DNA of 14,923 nt from Salpingoeca rosetta (Eukaryota > Protista > Choanoflagellata). A program made the translations under genes and the position numbers. The stretch spans positions 1,219,346 through 1,234,268 of the forward strand of contig JAWQFM010000020.1 in the NCBI GenBank assembly GCA_033442325.1. The letters run 5' to 3'. Every line of letters starts with the position of its first letter. Position 1 is the stretch's first letter. Positions 1 through 8,764 of this stretch are shown piece after piece. Below the pieces are notes generated by a model. That model saw nothing but the letters and a program-made list of their open reading frames with translations, was not told where the DNA came from and made no database searches.

Positions 1-377
1 GTGTGTGTGTGTGTGTGTGTGTGTGTGGACCTGCCTTCTTGCCTGTATCTGCTGTCCTTCCACAAACGAAAAGTGCATCAAAACTCCCACCACTTTTCTA
101 CAACCAGCTTCTGTGTGTTCTTTGGTTGGTTGCTGTGGTGGTTGCTTTCCTGCCCGTTATCTTCCGCACCACTGCAGACAGCAACCAAAGAAAGAAATGC
201 CAACACCAGCACCACATAGGTTTGTTTGTTCTTCCACACGCGTATGTGTGTGTGTGTGTGTGCTTTGATGAGTTGTTTCGTCAACAGACATTGTGAACCG
301 CACCATCACAGTCAACATCACAGGCTCGGGTTGTCACAGCCAAGGCACAGCGTTCACCCACCCATAGCAATGTGCCT

Positions 378-435
378 CACACACACACACACACACTCAC
401 TCACTCACTCACTCACTCACTCACTCACTCACTCA

Positions 436-478
<43 letters not shown>
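378..478. repeat. (CA)n/(CTCA)n compound microsatellite
   Basis: Seen directly in the sequence. Confidence 0.95.
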
Positions 479-479
<1 letters not shown>

Positions 480-820
480 AACACAACCTCGATTGACCAG
501 GCCATGCACTGCGGCATGGTGAGATGCAGACACCAAGGGGATGCCAGTTGAGAGCATCATAATCTTCCCCTGTTACACCAGCTGCCCTGAGGTCAGTACG
601 TGCTCGTGTATGTGCGTGTGTGTGCTGTGTAAGCGTGTGCGTAACCCCGCGTGTTTTTCAGCGGGATTGGTGTATTATGTTTGATGGTGCCATGGTGTAT
701 TGAACATGATGATGCACTGCGCATGCTGAACCTCAGACCTCGCCTTCACTCCCCTCCCCCTTACCCTCACTGTTATCACCATCACCGTTCCCATCATCGA
801 TGTCCGCGTGTACAAGGAAG

Positions 821-891
821 GCGTTGTTGCGCAGGAGCTCGTCAAGATCAGCGGCCGCTGCAGGCCCATCCGCCAGTTCTTCAACTTCAAC
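821..891 (+). CDS. E1 exon: end of inactive adenylation domain (GVVAQELVK...PIRQF)
   Basis: Matches the E1 GGxxAQEvlKaxSGKFxPixQW motif. Preceded by ag and followed by gtaggt. Confidence 0.75.
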
Positions 892-904
892 GTAGGTCAA
901 GACG

Positions 905-908
<4 letters not shown>

Positions 909-980
<72 letters not shown>
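909..980. repeat. (GT)n microsatellite, intronic
   Basis: Seen directly in the sequence. Confidence 0.95.
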
Positions 981-982
<2 letters not shown>

Positions 983-1120
983 GTGTTGTGTGCAGACAGG
1001 CAGACAACACGTCGAGTGATGAGATTTCAACTCGACTGTATGCACACTCACCTACTATCTTGATCTATACACACGAACCACCCTCAATATCACACACACA
1101 CACAAACAACCTGTTGACAG

Positions 1121-1242
1121 CAAGTGTGTGCTGTACGAGAAGCCGCTGCTGGAGAGCGGGACGATGGGCACGGGCGCCAAAGTCGACGTCATTGTGCCGC
1201 ACACCACCAACTCATTCAGCGACGGCGGCGACGCAGAAGCAG
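1121..1242 (+). CDS. E1 exon: KPLLESGTxGT motif
   Basis: Reads gacag|C AAG TGT GTG CTG TAC GAG AAG CCG CTG CTG GAG AGC GGG ACG...GCA G|gtatgt. This frame is not in the ORF track. Confidence 0.85.
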
Positions 1243-1369
1243 GTATGTGTGCTGTGTACACGTGCGTGTGTGCATTTGTGTAGCTTGCACTTTCGATTCC
1301 ACCCTGTCCGAACACATCGTCTCACCGCCACTCAACATCTTTTTTCGCCCTCTTCTTTCCTGTTCTCAG

Positions 1370-1611
1370 GTGGCGGCATTCCCATGTGCACGCTGCGCAA
1401 CTTCCCGCACCTCATCGACCACTGCATCGAGTGGGCGCGGGCCAAGTTCACGGACCTGTTTGTGAGCCCTGCGTCGCAGCTGCAGCAGTTCCTGGAGAAC
1501 CCTGAGGGGTTCATCTCGGGGCTGGAGACGAAGTTTGAGCAGCACGAGCGGATTGGCGCCCTCGAACGCGGCGTGGACACGCTCAAGGCCATCAAGGACC
1601 TCGCCGCACAG
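1370..1611 (+). CDS. E1 exon: catalytic cysteine (PMCTLRNFP)
   Basis: Contains the PxCTxxxFP...HCIEWAR E1 active-site signature. Polypyrimidine tract and ctcag acceptor; gtgctg donor; phase-compatible with the previous exon. Confidence 0.9.
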
Positions 1612-1760
1612 GTGCTGGTGTTGGCGAAGGTGATGATTGTGGTGGTGGATGTGTGGTGGAGCTTGTGATGACACGCCCTTTCCTGCTTATGAGGGTTAAC
1701 ATCACCGTACCACCACCCCCACCACCACCACCACTACAGCTGGCGCGTGTTATCTCTCAG

Positions 1761-1902
1761 CTGCAAGAGAAGCCGACGATGTAGACGTGTGTGTCGCTGG
1801 CGTGGCGCGACTTCCACGCGTTTTTCCGCGATGTCATTCTGCAACTCATCGCCACCTTCCCCGCAGGCGCAAAGACCAAGAGTGGAGAGCCCTTCTGGTC
1901 AG
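1761..1902 (+). pseudogene. E1 exon (SCCH domain) with premature TAG
   Basis: Reads ctcag|CTG CAA GAG AAG CCG ACG ATG TAG ACG TGT...CCC TTC TGG TCA G|gtgag. Contains the IxQL...FP...GxPFWSG motif. Confidence 0.85.
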
Positions 1903-1911
1903 GTGAGAGCT

Positions 1912-1916
1912 CGCGC

Positions 1917-1991
<75 letters not shown>

Positions 1992-2075
1992 TGTGTCTGT
2001 GTCTGAATATGTGCGTGCGTGCGTGTGTTTGTTTGTGTGTGTGTGTGTGTGTGTTTGTTTGTTTGTTTGTTTGTG
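1912..2075. repeat. (CG)n-(GT)n-(GTTT)n compound microsatellite, intronic
   Basis: Seen directly in the sequence. Confidence 0.95.
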
Positions 2076-2120
2076 TTCGCTCTGGCAGCACCATCCACAC
2101 CGCAACTGATCGCGTGTTTG

Positions 2121-2160
2121 CCTCGCCCCTCGCCCCTCGCCCCTCGCCCCTCGCCCCTCG
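2121..2160. repeat. (CCTCGCC)n heptamer tandem repeat, ~5.7 copies
   Basis: cctcgcccctcgcccctcgcccctcgcccctcgcccctcg. Confidence 0.95.
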
Positions 2161-2178
2161 CGTGTGCTGCCCATAAAG

Positions 2179-2279
2179 GCCACAAGATCTTCCCCGAGGC
2201 GCTCGAGTTTGATCCGCAGAATCCGTTGCACAAGGAGTTTCTGATTGCCGCCGCCAACCTCTACGCATGTGTCTTCAAG
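2179..2279 (+). CDS. E1 exon (SCCH domain: LEFDPQNPLH..FLIAAANL)
   Basis: Matches the E1 PxPLxFDxxxxxHxxFIxAAANL motif and is phase-compatible with exon 1761-1902. Confidence 0.85.
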
Positions 2280-2801
2280 GTGGGCTGGCTGTGGGGCGAC
2301 TTGTTTGCTTGGGGGGTAGATGGTGATGGCGGTTGCTTGGGGTCGGGTGGTGATGGCTGCGTGTATAGTTTTGATTATGCTGACGTCTCTGCCTCATCTG
2401 CGATGATGGTCAGGTGCACCGGACCAAGTATCCAAGCGAAGAGAACAAGCTCCACACCAAGCGGTGAGCCGCGATGGCATGGGCTTTGCTTGGAGCTTTT
2501 CGCACCATTGAATGGCTACGACGCTTGTGACTCGACACACACACACACACATACACATGCACACACCCACCCACATACACATGCACACACGCGCACACAC
2601 ACACACACACAAATTGATGCCGTTCCTCATCCTTGCGCACGTCGTGCTTTGTTTTGTGGACAGATGTTGCGGCGTGGTTCATCAACAAGCGCAAGGTGTA
2701 CCCTGTCAAGCCTGTCGTTGACTACTCCAAGCTCCCGCCAATCGACATCCCCGTCGTACGTGTCCAACGCGGTGCCATGAAGAAGGGGGAGAGTGTGTGA
2801 A

Positions 2802-3092
<291 letters not shown>

Positions 3093-3093
3093 G

Positions 3094-3312
3094 AATGTGC
3101 CAGATGATGAAGGCTGGTGGGCGCAGGTGAACGCCCTCATCCAGGCGCGCCGCAAGGCAAACAGCTCTGGCAAGATGCCCGAGATTACGAGGCAGGACGA
3201 CACGCCAACCAGCAAGAGCATCAAGCGCCTGGCACAGGAGGCAGGCCTGGACACCAAGAAGAAGAAGCTGCTTGTGTTTGACGACGTCGCCCTGACAAAC
3301 GAGGATGGCGAC
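3094..3312 (+). CDS. Probable E1 ubiquitin-fold-domain exon
   Basis: cag acceptor follows a (CA)n tract. SIKRLAQEAGLDTKKKKLLVFDDVALTNEDGD resembles the E1 C-terminal LvLe...dedGeDV pattern. Phase 0 with exon 2664-2755. Confidence 0.55.
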
Positions 3313-3631
3313 GTGTGTGCATGCGTGTGTCTATGTGTGTGTGTGCGCGCGACACGTACATCCTCAAGCTGCTGCTCTTCCCCCTGCAACAGTTGTTCCT
3401 TTCTCTTCCGTTGGTGCTTTGACCTTTCTTTCGTGTTCCGTCCACGTTGCGTGCGCTGGTTCAGTTCTTTGGTTCACACCATCGACACACTTCAGTACAG
3501 CTACTCATCCATCCAACAACACTTCCCTCTCAACACGAAACACGAACAAACACCGCATATCCATTTCAGCACCAGTCTTCCCAGAATCTTCTGCACATCA
3601 GACACGCACTCCTACCCTCGTCTCTCTCAAG

Positions 3632-4914
3632 CTGCTGGCAGCTGTCCTTCTGCTTCTTCTGAGCAGGGCGGCTACTCATACGCCAGCCTCAGCCCCGATG
3701 GCAGCCTGCTGGTCGCTGAGTCCTTTGTTTGGGACATGCACACACTGGAGTGCAAGCAGCGCATGCCCGTCACAGCAACCGACATGGTGTGGACCAAGGA
3801 CGGCAAGCACCTCATCGGCCCCTCTTATTCCCGCGTGTACATCTACGGCCTCGGTGCACATGAGGCTGAACGCACAGTCATCTACGAGAATCCTTTCCCT
3901 GGCGCTGAGCTTGCATGCGCCGCCACGTCCGGTGGCGTCATCGAGAGGTGGCAGAAGGAGCCCTAGGAGTGCAAGCTGCACCGCGTGCCAGACCTCAAGT
4001 GCATGGCGGTCGTGCCGTGCCGTCCACCTCCGAACACACGCGCTGCATGGCAGTCACGCCCACTCTGTACATCGCGGACAACAAGGCGGGTGTCATCTCC
4101 GTGTGGCAGCTTGGTCAGCCATCGACCCTACTTGCAGAGTGGAGGACAGATGCTGTCGGTAATGACAAAGAGGTGGTGCAAGACGCGGACGGAGAAGCAG
4201 CGAGAGAAGTAGAGGCGGAACCGGCGAGTAAGGAGCCTTAGCGCACTGCCGTGGATGCGTTGCGCGTCATCCCTGATGGCCGCTTCCTGGTGACTGCGTC
4301 CACCTCCACCGACTTGCGCGTGTGGGATCTCAGCACCCTCATATCACACGATCAGCAACAACACAACATGAAGGGACAGAAACAATGGCTCCAACAACGA
4401 CAATAGCAGCAACAACAACGACACGCCCCTTTGTGTTGATCGTGCGACGTTGGCAGAACCCAAAGAGGTCACGGGCGTTCGTGTCCCGCGCATTGCAGCG
4501 CTTGCGGACAGCAGCAACAAGTTTGCCTTCGCATACGGAAACACAGTGCACTTCTACCTCATTGAACACCGAAGCATGACCAGCAGCAGCAGCAGCAACA
4601 ACAGGAGCAGCAGCAAGTGAGCGGCAGCAGTAGTGGTGTGAGCAGTGCGCTGACGCGTGTGGCGGTGTTGGATGACTTGTTTGTGGACGAGGCAGAGCCG
4701 AACACCAACATGATCGTCACCACCATGGCCACCCACCAACTGATGACAGCCTGCTGGCGATCGGCACTGCGCGAGGTTATATGTTTGTGTGTGACGTCGC
4801 CAACCACAAGGTCCTCAGCAAGCTCAAAGTGAGCAGAAACGTTCCGGTCAAGTTCGGCGTCTTTGCCCGTCGCAGCAGCATCTTGTTCGTCAACTCTGTT
4901 GAGAGCGTGATCAA
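3632..4914 (+). pseudogene. Disrupted WD40/beta-propeller region, N-terminal to the TRP channel
   Basis: WD-like units in changing frames: ASLSPDGSLLVAESFVWD, MVWTKDGKHLIG, LRVIPDGRFLVTASTSTDLRVWD, DDSLLAIGTARGYMFVCD. In-frame TAG at 3964-3966 and 4239-4241. Inferred frameshifts near 4017, 4370, 4615, 4735 and 4912. The 5' boundary is uncertain. Confidence 0.7.
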
Positions 4915-6822
4915 GTGCGACTACAGCACACCACCATACTGCATCGCAATGACAGAGCAGATGACATGGTCATGTGCGATCACCAGCGCCTGCTCACTGT
5001 TTCAAGCAGCGTTTCACGAGGCAGGGTTGCCCTGTGGGCGCTGGGACCGACCCTGAACCGCGCCATGATCCCCACAGAGCAGTTTGACCTGTGCCATTTC
5101 CGCCCAACAACAGACCCCAGATGCCGCCCCGACGCCATTGTGCCTGTTGTTGTTCCACCAGCAACACCTCCCGCAGATGCGCACAAGCTTGCTGACTACG
5201 ATGTCACTGCATTGCCGTACCTGACATCATCTGCCAAGCATCTTGACATGGCAAAGAAGATGATGGAAGGTGTGGTGTGTGTGGACTTTGTTGAGCAGCC
5301 ATCCATGCTCACCACCGCCACCATGCGATCCAAGGACGTCAACGTCCAGACCATCGTCAACTTCTTTGTCGCAACAGCACGCAGCACAGAGACCAGAGGC
5401 GACGCCGGACGCATGCTGAGCAAGCCATTCCTCAACATTCCCAGGCTCGGCCCTGCCTTCACGGCCGACGTGACCTTGTTCACCAAGCACTTCCCCTCCA
5501 TCGCCTCTGCCTTCCTGGACAGCCTCGGCCTCGTGCGGACGCGTGTGGACGCTCCGGCAGAGGTCCAGTTGCCGTCGTCACGCATGATCGTCACGGGCGC
5601 GAACACCCTCAGCATCAACCGCAACCTATGGGCCGACATGCGTGAGTCTGGTGAGCTGGCCAAGCTTCAAGACGCCAACTCAGCGGCTTCCCTGGTGGAG
5701 GCGCGCGTGGTGCCGTTGCCGCGTGCTGCTGGGTTTGTGAATGACGGCCCCAGCCTGCTTGAGACGCTGGTGGACACGGGCGATGCTGAGCTGTTTGGCA
5801 GCTTCATTGTTCGCGCCGTCATTCAGTACAAGTGGCAGACGAGCGGGCAGCGCCTGTTCCTGTGGGAGGCGGCGTGGTACATGCTCTCTGTGGCGCTCAT
5901 CACCGCCCTCACCTTCGTCTTCAACACCAGTGGCAAGGACGTGGCCCAGCTGCTGGGTGCAGCCGACAACAGCAGCAACAGCAACAACGGCAGCGATGTC
6001 GTGTCAGTGGTGATCATGGTGGTGCTGGGCGTGCTGGCTGGAGTGGACATGCTGCAGGAGGTGCGGCAGTCACGGTTGGTGCACGGCTACTGGCTCGACT
6101 TGTGGAACTGGCTGGACGTGACGAATGTGGTGTTGGTGTTTGTGGTGCTGGGCGCGTACTTTGCTGGGTGGCAGCACGCGCGCGCGTTCTTGGCGCTTGC
6201 GGTGTATCTGCGGTGGTACGGGCTGTTGTACTACCTGCAGCCGTTCCAGTCGACTGGCCCGCTGGTGCGCATGATCCTGGCCATCTGCTTCGACATGCGC
6301 TACTTCCTGTTGGTGCTTGGTATCAGCATCGTGGCCGGGTGGACGTCGTTCCGGCTGTTGCTGCGTGATGATACCACGCTGCTGGTTGAAGGACTGGGCG
6401 ACCCAGCCAATGGGCTGCTGCTTATGTTCAACATGCTGTTGCTGGCAGACTTTGAGCTGGACACCTTTGACGGCGACTACGTGGCGCTGCTGCGCATCCT
6501 GTTTGTCATCTCCATGGTGTTGGTCCCCGTCGTGCTGCTGAACCTGCTGATTGCGCTCATGTCGGACTTGTACGAGCGCATCCAGGACCGCGCAGACATT
6601 GAGTTCCAGCTGCTGCGCGCACGCGTCTTGCGGGAGCAGGACGCATGGCTGACGCAGGAGGAGCAGATGGATGCGCGACGCTTCCCCATGTGGCTGCACG
6701 TGCTCGTGCCCAAGGGCAGCGGCGTCGGCCGTGACGGTGGCAGCGTGCAGTGGCAGGGCGTGCTGCACGCGGTCAAGAAGAGCCGGTGCAGGGAATGGGG
6801 TTTACTTGAGTGGTTGATGTGA
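4915..6822 (+). CDS. TRP-family 6-TM cation channel (TRPV/TRPA-like TM region; WD40-associated), intact portion
   Basis: 635-codon ORF with first ATG at 4966. Pre-S1 VIQYKW, six hydrophobic segments, YWLDLWNWLD (S2-S3), LYYLQPFQSTGPLVRMI (S4-S5 linker), pore region LMFNMLLLADFELD, S6 VLLNLLIALMSDLYERI, and a TRP-like helix EFQLLRARVL. Confidence 0.88.
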   Translation: MRLQHTTILHRNDRADDMVMCDHQRLLTVSSSVSRGRVALWALGPTLNRAMIPTEQFDLCHFRPTTDPRCRPDAIVPVVVPPATPPADAHKLADYDVTALPYLTSSAKHLDMAKKMMEGVVCVDFVEQPSMLTTATMRSKDVNVQTIVNFFVATARSTETRGDAGRMLSKPFLNIPRLGPAFTADVTLFTKHFPSIASAFLDSLGLVRTRVDAPAEVQLPSSRMIVTGANTLSINRNLWADMRESGELAKLQDANSAASLVEARVVPLPRAAGFVNDGPSLLETLVDTGDAELFGSFIVRAVIQYKWQTSGQRLFLWEAAWYMLSVALITALTFVFNTSGKDVAQLLGAADNSSNSNNGSDVVSVVIMVVLGVLAGVDMLQEVRQSRLVHGYWLDLWNWLDVTNVVLVFVVLGAYFAGWQHARAFLALAVYLRWYGLLYYLQPFQSTGPLVRMILAICFDMRYFLLVLGISIVAGWTSFRLLLRDDTTLLVEGLGDPANGLLLMFNMLLLADFELDTFDGDYVALLRILFVISMVLVPVVLLNLLIALMSDLYERIQDRADIEFQLLRARVLREQDAWLTQEEQMDARRFPMWLHVLVPKGSGVGRDGGSVQWQGVLHAVKKSRCREWGLLEWLM

Positions 6823-7364
6823 ACGGGAAGTTGGTCGTGCGTGAGGTTGAGGGGACGGTTGCTGCTTGTGGCTTCTCTGGCTTCGATAGGGGAGCTGGCG
6901 TTGCGCTTCTGCTTCGTGTGTCGTTTTGATGTCGCTCTCCATTCCTTTGATTCGTGTTGCGCATCCACTTGTCGCACTGTCCACCCTCTTGAGTAAATGC
7001 GTGAGTTGAACTTGTCAAGGTTCACAGCGCAAAGTGATGCTGGGGTCGCTGTTACTTGCTGCTAATGTATTTGCCATGTCTGTTGCCTGAGTGCAGTGTG
7101 TAGTAGTGCCTGAGTGTTGTGAGCCGCATTGGTTTTGTGCTTGTGTAGTTGGCAAATGAAGAGAAGCAGCATCGGTGGCACGAAGAAGAGGGTGTTGTGA
7201 AGTGGCGCAGGGTTTGGGTGAAGGAGTAAGAGTCTCAAAGAACGATGCTACGAACAGAAGAGCAAAGTGCCAATGTGAAAGGCCCTGAAACACAAAGGGC
7301 AACGGTGTCACCACACAACAAAGGAGGGGGGAACGGTGTAAGGAAAGGAAAAGACGGGCAGGTC

Positions 7365-7482
7365 GACAGACAGACGGAGGATGGACAGATAGACGGGCGG
7401 ACGGGCAGATGAACAGACAGACGGGCGGACAGACAGACAGACACACAGACAGGCACACACACACACATACACACGCGCACAC
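7365..7482. repeat. (GACA/GACG)n and (CA)n simple repeats downstream of the ROCO-PARP stop
   Basis: Seen directly in the sequence. Confidence 0.85.
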
Positions 7483-7488
7483 ATGTGG

Positions 7489-8260
7489 CTAGAGTTGCGC
7501 TGCGAGTGCTGTTTTGTCCACCTTGACACACACCTTGGCGAATGGCAAAACCTGCGCCTCTTGTGAGACCACATACTCCTCGAAGTCAAAGGTGGCAGGC
7601 GTGTCGGTGGATTGATAGCTCATGCGTTTCGTCACTTGAGCATAATGGGTGTCGCAGCCGTTCTTCAGCTTCTTGCCCCAGAACTTCTTGCACTTGTTTC
7701 CCCCAGACGATGCGTAGTCCTTGCTTCTGGTGATCGGGTATGCGAGGCCGACGCTGGCAGCGCACAGGAGCATTACGTGCTCGCCATCTGCGTTGGGTGC
7801 GCGCCAGTTTCCAGTCAGCAGGCGTGTCGAGTAGCCAGCTGCGTAATTGGCCTGTGGTGTGAGGTAGATGCCAGCGCCGAAGAAGCCAGGGTCGTTCGGG
7901 TTACTGAGGTTGGCGGTGCCCGCGGCGGTGATGTCGTCGGTGACAGCCTCGTCACAGCCGTGGAAACCAATCAGCACATTGACGTGCTTCACGCTGTCGG
8001 GTGTTTCTGCAAACTGCGTCTTGAGCCGATCGAGCATGGCTTGTTTCTCCGGATCGCCAGCCCCAAAGTCCTTGTTGAAGGGGTTGGTAGGGTCTGCAGC
8101 AACGGGGTTGGTAGGGTCTGGATCGCCACGGCGCGTCGCCGATTTCTTCATTTCGGTGTGAAAGGCATCGAGCATTGTGGTGGACTTGATCATCTCCACG
8201 CGCGACAGGGTGAGGCCCGGCGCCATCTGACTCTCAATCCATCGATAGAGGTCGGTGTTT
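7489..8260 (-). other. PARP catalytic (ARTD) domain with H-Y-E triad
   Basis: His codon 7960-7962 (GFHGC), Tyr codon 7864-7866 (GFFGAGIYLT), Glu codon 7576-7578 (FEEYVV..EAQVLP). Motif order and spacing match PARP catalytic domains. Confidence 0.85.
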
Positions 8261-8713
8261 GGTGGCAAGGGTGCCGAATACACGCCATGCGAGCTTGGTC
8301 CGCTCCACGGGAGCTGCTCATCAAAGGTGTCATCAAGCCGCCAAGCAGGGTGGTGCCATTCGTGGTCGCGCAATTGCCAAGACGGCATGATGGGTGGTGG
8401 TTGCGTGGGCGCCTGCAGCAACAGATCGCCAACGCGGTCGGACACTGGGGTCTGGCTTTCCCTGTGGTGCGTGGATGTGACGAGCTCGTCTGGGTCCTTG
8501 CCTGTCAGATCCTCAAGCTTGTGCGCAGCTGGGTACTTTTCGTGGCGCTTCAGGTGTTTCGTGCTGAGGACGAGGTGGACGTGGTCAATCCCTGTTGCTT
8601 CCTCTTGCAGCACCGACAGCACCTACCATCAAGCAGAGGATGGGATGAGGGCGAGCAGAGGGGAAATATGGACTGGCCATTCCCTGGCAAGCGATGGGGC
8701 ACAACAACGCAAG

Positions 8714-8764
<51 letters not shown>

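Noticed and set aside
1-522. Short ORFs rich in CV/TH dipeptides (also around 1750-2270, 2700-3107 and 8550-8924)
   Set aside because: These are translations of (GT)n/(CA)n microsatellites, which lack stop codons; no protein motif is present.
501-591. Possible micro-exons 501-518 (cag|...|gtgag) and 582-591 (cag|...|gtcagt) upstream of the E1 exons
   Set aside because: The splice signals are plausible, but the segments are too short to assign a frame or homology without transcripts.
6070-6768. 232-aa Q/H-rich minus-strand ORF
   Set aside because: Antisense of the CTG/GTG-rich transmembrane codons of the TRP channel.
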